The position numbers were made by a program, and so were the translations under genes. 64,000 bases of DNA, taken from the NCBI GenBank assembly GCA_951406725.2, contig OX597825.1, positions 7,626,001 to 7,690,000 on the forward strand, in the 5' to 3' direction. This DNA is from Octopus vulgaris (taxonomy: Eukaryota). The notes under the pieces were generated by a model. The model saw only the letters and a program-made list of their open reading frames with translations. It was not told the DNA's origin and made no database searches. This document shows, in pieces, positions 13,037 to 25,747 of this stretch. Numbering within the stretch: position 1 is the first letter of the stretch; each line of letters starts with the position of its first letter.

Positions 13037-13325
13037 TATACACACACAGACACACACATAGCTATGGTGATGCAAACAGAACAAATAAAACTCAAAATAT
13101 GCGTATATCTATAATTTTAATAATGTTTAGCAGAAGCAACAGAGTGCCTCTAAGGCCGAGAATTTCGCGCATTGGCCCATATCAGTCTAGTCACAGATCG
13201 AAGAGATGTGGATTTATATACCCTGTACTTATATATAGCTCTATTTGCTTATTGACCTTCATAACTGGTAAACTATTTGAAAAATACGAATTATACAATT
13301 GTCATTGTAATTGCTTTTTAAAATT

Positions 13326-13711
13326 CGTAAAGTATACTAGCCATCTCAACATGGCTAACCACTAAGGGTGGGTGTTACTGTAGCTTTTAGCCCCAGGAGA
13401 TCATCGTCTCCAGCTGGCTTTAGGAACACTTTCTGTGCCCTTATGGTATTTGCAAAGGGAGGTCATCCTTCTCTCGTCAACCTAAGTGATACGCACGGAC
13501 TGCAGTTTCTAGAAGGCAAATACCTAGAAACTGCAGTCCGTGCGTATCACTTAGGTTGACGAGGGAAGGATGACCTCCCTTTGCAAATACTGATAGGACA
13601 CAGAAAGTGTGTCAATAGCCAGCTGGAGACGATGATCTCCTGGGGCTAAAAGCTACAGTAACACCCACCCTTAGTGGTTAGCCATATTGAGATGGCTGAG
13701 TATACCTTACG
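13326..13711. mobile_element. 386-bp foldback (palindromic) element, MITE-like, superfamily unassigned
   Basis: Arms 13326-13512 and 13524-13711 are inverted repeats with about 13 differences and an 11-nt spacer; no TSD seen; further copies at 19822 and 56041. Confidence 0.85.
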
Positions 13712-13859
13712 TTGTCGAGTGGTTACTGTTTACATCTCGTTCAGAGATTTATTGTTGCTTTTTAATATTCGTTCTAGATTAATCCAGTGAAATATAATTT
13801 TTCATCAGCTTTGTAAGCCCACCTCTCTTCGATTTTATTCCTCTCCTAATGATATTTAA

Positions 13860-14081
13860 CCCTTCTGATACCAAACCGACTGAAACCGCCTCTGTCTCTG
13901 TAGCACAGATGTCTTGTTTTCATAAGTTTTGAATTAAAATCTTCCACCAAACCTTAGTCACATTTTATGTTCCTAAGACTAGCTGAATGATAACTAAGTT
14001 ATTTTACTAAATCCTTTGTTAGATTTAAAATTAATTGAAAGAAACACAAAGCATCTCAAAATAAATACGGTAACGAAAGGG
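13860..14081. mobile_element. piggyBac-like MITE, copy 1
   Basis: TTAA-CCCTTCTGATACC...GGTAACGAAAGGG-TTAC: CCCT/AGGG termini and TTAA target, right TSD altered. Confidence 0.8.
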
Positions 14082-14172
14082 TTACGAAAAAAATTTCAAT
14101 GAGGCGTTACTCACTAACAATCCAGCCTTCCAACTTTAAAATTTATCAACCCAAATGTAGAGGTGTACTTAA

Positions 14173-14394
14173 CCCTTTCGATACCAACCCGACTGAAACC
14201 ACCTCTGGTTCTGTTGTACAAATGTCTTGTTTTCATAAGTTCTGAATTAAAATCTTCCACCAAACCTTAGTCACATTTTATGTTCCTAACACTAGCTTAA
14301 TGATAACTAAGTTATTTTACTAAATTCTTTGTTATATTTAAAATTAATTGAAAGAAACACAGAGCATCTCAAAATAAATACGGTAATGAAAGGG
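14173..14394. mobile_element. piggyBac-like MITE, copy 2 (tandem duplicate, period 313 bp)
   Basis: TTAA-CCCTTTCGATACC...GGTAATGAAAGGG-TTAC, with the same downstream flank as copy 1. Confidence 0.8.
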
Positions 14395-14880
14395 TTACGA
14401 AAAAATTATTTCAATGAGGCGTTACTCACTAACAACCAGCCTTTTAAAATTTATAACAAAATATGCAGTGAATGATATATTTGAGGGGTTATATGGCGGT
14501 TGCATTTTTGTTTTTGGCACATTCAGCCAAAAATGAATATATTAACTCATTCCAATGAGTGAAAAAACGGCTTTCTCCAATATATTTTAACAATTCTTAG
14601 AAAATGGCCGAACTATCGAGTGTCATTTAATCTAATTTATTTTTTCGTGTAGTGTTGGAGCATATTTCAATTTACTGAATTTAAATTTATTGAATTTTTC
14701 TTTTCAAATATGTGACTAATCTATTTTGTGTCTTGTCGTGCTTCAATCGGATTACTGATCGCGTGTGGTTTATCCTGAATCGGTTTTCTGATTTAAACAT
14801 CTTAAAGTAAATATGGTTTTAGATTTTATTACGTCTATAGTAATAAAAATGAACAACAACAATAATAATAATAATAATAA

Positions 14881-15149
14881 CCAGGAAACCCAAAAATGGC
14901 AGAAATTCAAAAGATAGTGCTCATGGGAACTGCTCATATCCTACGCAAAATACTTTCTATGTAATCTCAAGTTTTAAAACAAACAGAATGTTTCTTTTTA
15001 GGCATTCACTTGTACAACACTAAATACAAAACCAAATATATGGCACCCTAGGCATAACAACAACATGAACTTCCAACCTGTTGTCTCTTGAGGTCTCTGG
15101 GTGAGACTTGGAGCCAACTTGTACAAATATAAAGCAAAAGTCAAACATA

Positions 15150-15150
<1 letters not shown>
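14881..15150 (+). mobile_element. 5'-truncated R4/Dong-clade non-LTR retrotransposon (ORF end plus 3' UTR) inside (TAA)n
   Basis: 14881-14964 translates PGNPKMAEIQKIVLMGTAHILRKILSM*, the typical R4/Dong C-terminus; (TAA)n on both sides. Confidence 0.85.
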
Positions 15151-15219
<69 letters not shown>

Positions 15220-15433
15220 CCTTGCTACTATAGGCACAAGGCCTGAAATTTGGAGGGAGTCGACTAGTCGATTACTCGATCGCAGTATTTCACTGATATA
15301 TGATTTATCGACCCCGAAAGGGTTGAAAGGCAAACTCGACCTCGGTGGAATTTGAACTCAGAACGTAAAGATGGACGAACTACCGCTAACCATTTTGCCC
15401 GGCATGCTGATAATTCTGCCAGCTCGCCAGCTT
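15220..15433 (-). mobile_element. SINE family A (alternative tail variant)
   Basis: Plus strand shows ggcacaaggcctgaaattt...atcgaccccgaaaggg...gaatttgaactcagaacg...ctgccagctcgcc. Confidence 0.85.
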
Positions 15434-15494
15434 GGTAATAATAACAACAACAACAACAACAATAATAATGATGATGACGATGCTGCTGCTGCTG

Positions 15495-15538
<44 letters not shown>

Positions 15539-16099
15539 TTAACAATAATAATGCTGATGATAATAATAACAACAACAAACACTGATTGACCATAGTTATT
15601 GATGCCTGATGTGAACGAACTGATGGTGTCTCTGTAATTCTTTCATCTTTTTGAGTTTAAGCCTGAATTTGGTTTTATAACATGTTTTCTCTGGTTTGTA
15701 TTGGCTATTTTTAGTTTGATGTCAGTTTTAGGTCTTCGTCTGTCTTTGAACAGAAGTGTAGTACTTTTGATAAAGGTTTTATTATAATCATTCTTAATTA
15801 AGCCTATTAATTAGTTTCTGATTAAGTAGTCTATAAAAATCTACATCATAAATTTTGTCTGAGAAGTTTATGTTCATCGCTGAAAATTATGGCGTTGAAT
15901 ATTTTGTATCGAGTTTGCTAATCAGTGTCATCACAGCAGTAAATATGTTTAGTATTATTAGAAGAATGATTAGATTTGTTTATTCGGTGGTGTTATGGAG
16001 AGAAATGATTAGCTATCGTAACTGGTGCGAGGCCATTTAAAATCACAGGAAGAACATGGAAGAAAAATGAGAGAGAGAGAGAGAGAGAAAAAGAAAGTG

Positions 16100-17260
16100 A
16101 GAGAGGGAGAAAAGAGAGTATTGGTCAGTATTCTGGTATGTAAGACATTTCTTTGTTGATGTGTTGCTGCTAAAATGTGCCATCGGCAAATCAATATAAA
16201 GGGAAGATCGTAGAATTTGGTTATTTTTCTGCCGTCCGTTTGTCTATATATTGACTGAGTCCTATTGGTCTGTACTCCAGTATTCGAATATGTAATCTAT
16301 GCAGAGTCACGCGTTGCCTTAAGCACATACCAGTTTGCCCTATATAGTTCCTTCACATCCTAAGCATGTTACTGCATAAATTAGGTTTTCAGCTGCACAG
16401 ACAAAGTTATTTCTATTTTGAAGTGTTGCCACTTTTTAAATGTTTCTCTTATCTTTCTGACAGATTTTAGCAGATGCCTTTTATTTACTTTTGGTTCTGT
16501 TGTCATTGTGTGGTATTTGGCCTTCGTTAGTATTTTCTCTTTGCTTTTGACTGTTGTTTTTTTATATTTTGTATTGTGTCATGCATTTGAATATTTTGCT
16601 TCACCATGGAGTCTTTTTTCTGTGTTGGCACGTCTTGAAATATGTTGTAGACCTCGTTGTTTTTTTTAGATTACAGGTAAATCATTCAATTCTGTTATAT
16701 TTCTTTGTTTCATTTGTCTTAGTGCCCGGATATATATTTTCTTGGTTCTTTGTATTCTGTTATCGATTAATTCCTTAAGTATATAATTCCTTAAGTTCTT
16801 GGTGTTTTATATTACGGATGTTTTCATCGGATAGAATTGCGCAGACCAGTTTGGCAACGTTATAAGGGATGCATTTCGAATAGAACGTATTAAAAGGTAG
16901 GTAGTCCTCTGGGGCTTAGGTATATAGCAAATGCTAGTCTCAATTGGGTTGTTGACTTCCTTTATCAGGATGTAAAAAGAAATAAATTATAGTCTTGACT
17001 GTACTCCATAGTAAATTAAAAATGCTCGTAAATTCTATCCAGTAATGTTTTGAATTAATTTTGTTCCTCTATGAGTTCGTTTCATAAAATGAAGCAATCG
17101 TCATCCAATTTACCGTAATCAAATATACAAAGAACGAGGCTGGTTTCATCCCCATTGCGGTCCGAGATTTTTGTCAATAAAAAGTTCTTTTTTAAAAACT
17201 CTAATATTTAGAATGAATTTTAGTTTTTCTGTCCTTACTTCCTTCTCTATGCGTTGCAGG
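16100..17260 (-). mobile_element. Degenerate Penelope-like element (RT C-terminal part plus GIY-YIG endonuclease)
   Basis: Minus strand with frameshifts: TAMG (~17150), LDDDCFIL (~17100), IPYNVAKLVCAILSD (~16850), NLIYAVTCLGC...NYIGQTG..LRQRVTLHR (~16290-16390). Confidence 0.8.
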
Positions 17261-18275
17261 TGTTCAGCAGTATAATTATCCAAATTTTCTTTATTTATAC
17301 ATACAAATTTATGTGTACGCACATGTACGGGTAGAATCGTATCTTTGTGTACGCATGTATGTTAAGTAATACACATGTACGAATGCATTTTCTTTTTGAA
17401 TGCTGCTTATTTGGAAAAAACCCTTTCCACGTGATCTTCCAGTTTCAGTCTTTACGAGTCATACGCCTCGGAAGTAATTGTGATTGTTTCTAGATAAGGA
17501 AGTTGTCGGAGATTAAGTGAAACTCAGGTGGGTAAGTGCTGTACACGAAATTCTCAGCTCTTGCGTAGCTTTTGTAATTTTATACTCTGATGTATTGAGT
17601 TCTTTTTATTTTGTTTCTTCCGCAAAACTCACACAGCCACATATGCACGCATATATATCTCTATCTACACATATACATACACATATACATATGTATGTAT
17701 GCATGCATGCATATAAGCATACATTTAGTCAAACTTTAATGTGCACAAACTTTACTTTATGCAATTTTAATTCACAATAGAATGAGTTTTTTTTACCAAT
17801 CATTGGAGCCCTTTAATTGCACATTTTTTAAATGTTATCCATAATGCTTCATACTAAATTAAATTTTTGATAAATTCTGTGTGTTTTTTATATGATTTAT
17901 GAATCCAGTTGACGTGAATTTGGCGATACCCAGACATAATAAATATAAGATTTGCAGATAATAGGAAATTTTATTGTGGTATTGTTATTTCTATGTATTG
18001 GATCAATCGTATTCTAAAATAAAATGTAATTAATAGATAGTGTGGTCACCAGTTGCCAATTCTTCCACAAATAGAATATAAAAAATTATACCCTCACCAG
18101 GATACTGAATACAGCTGCAAATAGTGTGTACAAGACTTAATCAGGGATCGAACCTGTATTATCGACTGCCTTTATCGGTGAGATATAACTTTTCTAGTGT
18201 TTGTATCTCCAGCAGTTTACCTTAACAAAAAAAGGATTGTTACTTTCATCTTTGTGGGTAAATATTTGTTTCATA

Positions 18276-18620
18276 TTTTGGCACAAGGCCTGCAATTATG
18301 ACGAAGGAAGTAAGTCAATTATATCGACCCCAGTGTTCAGCCGGAACTTATTTTATCGACCCCGAAAGGATAAAAGATAAAGTCGACCTCGGCGGAATTT
18401 AAACTCAGAACGTAATCACGGAGGAAAACCTGGTAAGCATTTTCCCCGGCGTGTCAACGGTTCTCCCAGCTCGCCACCTACTTGCAAGTAAATATCGATT
18501 TAAATTTTTAGCACAAGGCCAGTAAATTCTAGATAAGTTTACTATATCGATCCCAAAGTTCAAGTAGTGCTTATTTTATGGATTCCGAAAAGATGAAATG
18601 CAAAGTCGACATCAGTGGAA
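18276..18620 (-). mobile_element. SINE family A copy plus an adjacent headless partial copy
   Basis: ggcacaaggcc...ttatcgaccccgaaagga...cagctcgccacc (18276-18480); second body at 18507-18620. Confidence 0.8.
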
Positions 18621-19821
18621 TATTATTGATAAATATTGAATGCATTTCTCCCCAAACTCATTTTCTTGCCAAACGTTTACAAAATATAATTTACACGTTT
18701 ATCAAAATAGAGTGAACTTCTATTTTATCTCTCGTCGCCCTAATCTAAGGCATTAAAGGAAACAAAAAGCATTTTAGAAATAGAACTTATTTAGATAAAA
18801 ATGAAATTACATTTTGAAAATAGTAAATTGCATTTCTTTATAAGATAAATTTTAAATATTTTTTTATGTACGAAAACTCCTTTATATCACTGAGCCGTGT
18901 GGTTCGGTAGTGGTGGTGGTGGTGATGGAGGTGGTGGTGGGGTTATTACAGAAATTAACTTAGAATGTATGATGTCCCCTACGTTGGCCACGTGAAGACT
19001 TAGGGAAATATTTGTAAAACGATTAAACTACATCACAAAACTGTTTTCGCTCTTCCAAATATTTTTAACTCTCTCAAAAAATGTTGACGTTAATAAATTA
19101 CGTTGGATTTAATGAGCTGAATTAATAGGGTGCTGTAGGATCAACTTAATAGCTTACAGCAACAACAACAACAACAACACTGATAACAGCAGATATGGTA
19201 GTAGCAACGAAAATACAAGATCACCATTGCTCCATCAATTGGCAAGATTAGTACAAGATGGTGGCAGCTATCATATTACGTTGTGGTTCAGCTAATTCAT
19301 TGGTCAAATTAGATTAGATATGCTAATTAACAAAATATTCACTATTACGTTGTTGTTGTTTTTTTTTCTAACGTCAATGGCTTCCCCTCTTTTCTTCATT
19401 TCTTTGTCTTCCTTTTTCGGCGCCATTTCCTTTGTCTTCCAATTTGTTTACTTCTCGTTAGGATACAACATAGAACATGGCCTATTCAAACCTATATTTG
19501 CTGCTCTCTCTCTCTCTCTATCTATCTATATCTCTTCCCATCTATCAGCTACAGCGATCGACACAAAACTTGCTTATACACTTAAAGACACCAACTACCT
19601 CAATCTCCGCCACAATCGCACTTCAAACACGATCAACATAAAAGAGATAATGAAGACATTTACGAGATCCCTCGCTCTGCTAAAAATAATAGCAAACACT
19701 ATCGGAGTTCACCTTACCATTTAAAAAACAGGAAGGCCACATTGGACGCTGTTCTCCTGACCACATTATTTAAAAAACTGAAGAAATGGTCATTCTTTCT
19801 ACTCAACAAATTATTTTATAT

Positions 19822-19965
19822 CAACGTAAAGTATACTAGCCATCTCAATATGGCTAACCACTAAGGGTGAGTGTTACTGTAGCTTGTAGCCCCAGGAGGT
19901 CATCGTCTCCAGCTGGCTTTAGACACACTTTCTGTGCCCTTATGATATTTGCAAAGGGAGGTCAT
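19822..19965. mobile_element. Single truncated arm of the 13326 foldback element
   Basis: Near-identical to 13326-13466; shares left-arm diagnostic bases (ggcttta, gcccttatg). Confidence 0.9.
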
Positions 19966-20384
19966 ATTATTTTATATCATTCTTCGAAATATTCGATTTG
20001 TTTTTGAGGATGTAAATATTTCATTTGTATAATGTCATACTTTTTCCCGTTGGCATTGGTCAGAAGCTAAGCGAAAACAGCGCAGCAGGAAGGAAATTCT
20101 ATGATTAGTTTGCAGGAAATTGTAGCTACAACACCTTCGCATCTCAGCCGACATTGTAAAAATATAAACAGGAGGACGTATAGGTCGTTGGAGTCCTAAG
20201 ATTCTTCTGGAGAGACGGGGTGGTCACGTGTGGACCGCCTTTGATTATACTGCTGTTCAATAAGAGTTATGTTTGGACAACTACAACAGTGATAAACCAC
20301 AATTGCCACCACTTTGTCTACTATCACCACAACAACCACAGCCTTTGAGTTTCCAATTGCAGTCACTGCTACTGAGGCTGCTGC

Positions 20385-20387
20385 TGT

Positions 20388-20452
<65 letters not shown>

Positions 20453-20522
20453 TTACTACTAATGCTGCTGTTACCGCCGCCGACGCCACCACCACTACCA
20501 CCACCACCACCACCACCACCAC
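20385..20522. repeat. (ACT)n / (ACC)n compound microsatellite
   Basis: Direct reading. Confidence 0.95.
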
Positions 20523-21673
20523 AGCGGCAATAATCGAAGTATTGATAGTAGTTGTATTACACAACACACACACACACACACACACATATATGTATATACA
20601 TGTATATATATGTATATCTATTTACCTATATATGTATATGTATATATCTATATATATACACACACACATATATATATATATACACATATATATATATATA
20701 TACGTATGTGTGTGAGCACATATGTGTTCGCGTGTGTATATAAGCAGGAGTGTATATTAACGATGCGTCTGGGTGGTATGTTGATGAATCCTGTTCACGA
20801 GTGGGTGTATGCATTAAATTTCGTATATGAATAACGGTGTATGTAATGCGCTGCTGCTAGCGTATGCACATGCGTGTACATAAGTCCCTATATGTATATA
20901 GGTATGTGCGCGCGTGTGTATGTGTGTGCGTGCGTAAATGGTTGTCATAATCACCAATATTAGAATCGATTTCGAAGATCGCATGAGACAATCTCCAAAG
21001 CATAACTAGGAAGTGATTAAGGCAAAGAAAATTAAAACCAAACATTCTCTGTCACAGTAGACTAGCTGGCACCATTAGCGATTAGAAAATATGCGCTGTG
21101 TTCGTTTCAATCTAGTTTCCGCTTACTTAGACAAAGTTTAATGAACATTCTAAGATTAGTCAGTATAAGGGAAGGTAAATATTGCATTATGCTACTGACG
21201 TGAATTCCCACTGCTTGAAATCTTCCGTTTGTTATGTGTTATTTTAGCGGTTTCATGCTCTTGAGGGCGGCCGTACTCAAAAACAACCTATCAAGACAGC
21301 GAAGTTGATAATACCAAGTCTAATCTTTTGTATCCTATGTATTTTACTGAAGCACAGGAGGAAGAAAATCACAAGTGAAAAATTGTTATCTAGTTGGAAA
21401 CAAAGCATTCGCTTGCATCTGTCTCGTCAATTCTGTCTGCCATTCTATACCAATATATATATATATATATATATATATAGTCATCAATAAATGTGTCTGA
21501 AACAACTGTAGTGAACCTTTAACGAATTTGTGTTCTTATTTGATTCATATAGATATGTGTGAGTGTGTCTGTGTATGCCTCAGTGTGTGTGTGCATATAT
21601 ATATATATAAATATACACACACGAACATATACATACACACACACACGCACATACACATATATATATCTATACA

Positions 21674-22551
21674 CAGGGAGCGATGAATAAACTGTTGTCG
21701 AAATTACGCAAAAATAAAAATGACGCTGACATTTCATTTTAACAGATATATTTACCAAAATTACATTAAAAATATCTTAAATATTAAAGAGTAAAGTTAT
21801 TCATTAAAATCGTCATTGGCTGCACCCACGGCCTCCAGACGACTTTGGAATTTCTTGCAACTCTTCTGGATAGTCTCCTTGTTTAAGTAGGTGGATGCTG
21901 CTATAATCATTGCCTTTCAGCCCATCATTGGGGTTATAAGGAATTTTGTTGTTCTCTCGCTCAACAGTGTCCCAAACATAATAATGAAAGGGTTGCAGTC
22001 TGGGGAGTAAGTTGGCCAGATTTTAGGGGCGATGTGGTCGAGGAAATAGTCTGACAGCAATGTCTGCTCCTGAGGCTGGTGCAGACTCATGTTGCCAGAC
22101 ATAGGGTCTTCTAGTAGCCACCCTCTTCACTCAGGAGAGCACTCCCTTCTCCAGGCACTTGATGTAGGCCTCCGTGTTGAGTCCGAGGCCGTGTGGGAAG
22201 ATAAATCGAGGCATAACGTAACCATTACTAGCGATCACTCGAAACCCTATGATCTTTTCTGGTTGTTTGATTTTCATCACTTTCGGTATATGTCCTCAGA
22301 TTGCACTGTCCTCGGGTTGACACACAGCCACTCTGAAATGTTCATATTGGAGCTTCTGGCGTGAATGCCAAGCAGTATAGCATGTCGTTTCCAAATTTAT
22401 GGCAGACTGAATTGCGTCATGGTTCAGTTTTTCTCACAGACGGTGCCCAACTGACTCTACTATACTGTCTAGTCAACAAAAATAAAAACAAACAAAGCGC
22501 ATGTGCAAAATAAAAAATATGAAATAGCGACAATTTACCCATCGCATGCTG
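21674..22551 (-). mobile_element. Internally deleted Tc1/mariner-superfamily transposon (maT/DD37D-like) with pseudogenised transposase at 21797-22420
   Basis: Minus strand: MTQFSLP*IWKRHAILLGI...VMPRFIFPHGLGLNTEAYIKCLE...RPYVWQ...IWPTYSPDCNP...LNKETIQKSCKKFQSRLEAV. Degenerate TIRs cagggagcgatgaataaactgt / acaatttacccatcgcatgctg in TA-rich flanks. Confidence 0.85.
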
Positions 22552-22649
22552 CATATATGTATATATATATATATATACATATATATACACATGCATGCCT
22601 ATGTATATATGCATGCAAACACATGCATATATACATGCATACATACATG

Positions 22650-22709
<60 letters not shown>

Positions 22710-22721
22710 TATACACATGCA

Positions 22722-22762
<41 letters not shown>

Positions 22763-23529
22763 GTATAAATTCATACTTGCAAACATACATGCAAATACGT
22801 AAAGAGATGACACAAAATCAGGCCTGAAGCTATCAACAGAAAAATTCTGCTCAATATTGCCGCTGGCGAACGCAACTCTCGTGATTAACACCGCTGCCCT
22901 AACACTGCTACCTTTTGCTGATTATCTTTTCTTGTTTTGCCTCTTGACATTTAGAATTTCTGTCAGGTAATTTACATGTCATGTGACTCCAACCGTCGCC
23001 AACAGAGCCGCCGCGTACCTACGCCTCTAATACTCATCATTTCTCATCGACTCGGAAACCAGCTGCGAAGATGAAATATTACATTATTGCCGTATATTTT
23101 TTTTATTAGAAAATGGGATTTGCTAACACACATATTTATTTCATGTTAATTAGATATGTTTCAAGATGTCATATATTCCGATCTGATAGTTACCTTACCT
23201 ATTAGGTGAAGTATAAGAAGCAGCTGCTATCTCGGGGAAGGAGTCTCCATAAAGCACAATTTACTGTTTCGTTAACACTATTCAAAGCTATTTACTAGTT
23301 GTAGATATGTAAAGGTGAAACATTCATTAATTGTTTAACTAACCTTGAGAAAATTAGTGAAGATGTGTTAATAGTTGCTGGCATAACAATCAATGCGTTG
23401 ATAGTTTTTCTTTGCTGTATTCGTTCCGTTACGTCGCGATTTTAGTTCAAATCCCACTGTTATCCGCTTCAACTATTTATGCTTTCGAAGGCGGTAACTA
23501 AAATACCAGCCAAGAATCGCTACCTTTTG

Positions 23530-23650
23530 AGTTCAAATCCCACGTTGCCTTTCATCCTTTCGGGATCGATTAAATAAGTACCATTTACGCACTGGGGTCG
23601 ATATAATCAGCTTGATCCTCTCGCCCAAGCTGCCTTGTGGCAATAAATTG
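23530..23650 (+). mobile_element. Truncated SINE family A body (older degenerate copies at ~23400-23510 and ~24390-24515)
   Basis: gagttcaaatccc...ttgcctttcatcctttcgggatcgattaaataagtacc...cactggggtcgat. Confidence 0.75.
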
Positions 23651-23695
23651 AAATCATTATTATTATTATTATTATTATTACTATTATTATTATTA

Positions 23696-24256
23696 TTGAG
23701 TGAGATAGTGCATGCTATCAAAGCGACACTGGGGTAAAATATAAATATACGAAGCCCAGTATACCCATCATTGACTACTCGTTTGATAAGGGTACACCTG
23801 GCACATGCATCGCAACCACATGTGCGCGACATGGTGTGTTCATATCAAGATAAACAGCACATGACCTTGCAGGTGGGGCCCAGTTAGAACTTTCTTCAGG
23901 TTGAGTAACCCATCCCACTCAAATGATCCTTGAATAAGGGTTGTTTAAGGATGTTGAACAAAGCATCCATGTTTCCAGACGTGAATTATCCAAACCTCCA
24001 AGAATTCCTTTCAACACAAGGGTATGATGCTCCACCCACTACTTCTGCTCGTGATCAGAGATGCACATATCGTCAGCCACTAAGGTTCATGCTCAACTGG
24101 TTAAGGTCAAACAACTGACAAGCAAATCTGTGGTATTGAGCAGAATATTTGTTGTAGGCCATCTTTTATACCAAGACAAAACAATGTACATGATCACACT
24201 TCCAATCAGTTAAGATCAGAAGCCATGAGAGCCACTGCCTGGTACTGCATCAGAGC
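23696..24256 (-). mobile_element. ~560-bp non-coding interspersed element embedded in (TTA)n; probable non-autonomous partner of a Dong/R4 element
   Basis: Complex sequence bounded by TTA/GTT repeats; its end recurs at 1-30 and 63193-63238, both next to (AAT)n. Confidence 0.65.
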
Positions 24257-24309
24257 TTTTTACCGTTATTATTGTTATTATTATTATTGTTGTTGTTGTT
24301 ATTATTTTA

Positions 24310-24346
<37 letters not shown>

Positions 24347-25747
24347 CTGCTGTTGTTGTTGCTGTTGCTGGTGTTGTTATGATAAAGGTATCGAATACTT
24401 TGCAATCTTGAAAATGCTCAGCCAGATTTACTCCGGCTCTACGCTCTGAGTTCAGCTACCAGCAAGATCGACTTTAACCTCATATGCTTTAGGTGTCGAT
24501 AATATAAATTCCAGGCTGTGTGCCTACATAACCTTATATACACACATATATACACACTCAAACGCATTAGCGTTATGGACTGGTTAGTCTTGCAATATTC
24601 ATATATCAAGTTGTCGCTTTAAAGTTACCGTATTTTAAGGCTTCTAATGATACTTACTGACACATATTTATCCAAAGGTGACAATGATTCTGTGACACTC
24701 TAAAGGAATGATTTTTTATTGGAGGTTTCATCTCCTAGCTTCCAGAGTTTATGTAAGTTAGAAGGAGTGGCATCACCATGGCAACAAACAACTTTCGATA
24801 TCATCTTATACATGATAATCGCTGAAAGGCAATCTTCATATAACACTTAGAAGGAACGGAGAACTGATCGCGATAAACTCTTAGGAATGTTCCGCTAAAC
24901 ACCAAAGTGTAGTGATTCTAATGCAGATGTAAATTTTGCTAAACTGGGTCGGGAAATTCACAAGAATTCTAACAAATCGAAAATGACCTGATTAATTTTC
25001 TTATCGAAAGAAATTTGGCGCGCACACGCACACACATAAATATCTATATGTGCATACATACATATATGCATACACGTGTGAGTGTATGTATGTATATATA
25101 TATATATACGCATACACATACTGATATACATACATACGTACATGCATATGTATATATAAAAAGAGAAAAGATGGACGAACGATTACAGGTGTAAATAGTA
25201 CTTTTCGAAGATGTATGTTACATATATTCATAGGAAATCAGTCTGTCTTTACAGCTGTTTCAAATATACAATGAATAGTTGATATAGTACACATGATGCA
25301 AACAACAGTACATTACGAGATAATATTAACCAAAAACATATAAAGAGTATTATCAACGGGCATGAATTTTGATTGCAAAATCCCTTTTATGCGAATAACA
25401 CAAAATATTAGCCTTAGAAGTATGAATGGCAGTAATTGTCGAAATAGGAGAGGAAAGGAGAGAAGTAGTGCATGAAGGAGGAGCGAAAGAAAGGAAATAA
25501 AGAAAAAAAGAGATGGAAGAAAAGAAAGAAAATATGAGGGATTAGTCAGTTAGTGTAAGATGTTGACATACTGCGCGGTAGGACAATGATATTGGTGGAT
25601 AAAGAGTATAATTAAGACGATGGAGAGAATAAGAGGAAGAGAAAAACCCCAAAGAGCATATAAAGAAACGCTCATTAATTTTCTAGTGACCTCGTCAAGA
25701 AGAAAGTGTCTTCTATAAAAAAAAACGGTAAGAAAATGAATATGATA

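Noticed and set aside
13588-13650. Hammerhead reading of the palindrome arm (CUGAUAG-stem-AAUA-GCC...GGCUA)
   Set aside because: The core is not kept in the left arm, 19822 or 56041 copies, and stem I cannot form.
22960-22980. miR-8/200-like ctgtcaggtaa
   Set aside because: Seed absent and no hairpin.
24856-24868. 13-nt match to miR-184 (acggagaactgat)
   Set aside because: Seed start and 3' end differ, and there is no complementary upstream arm.
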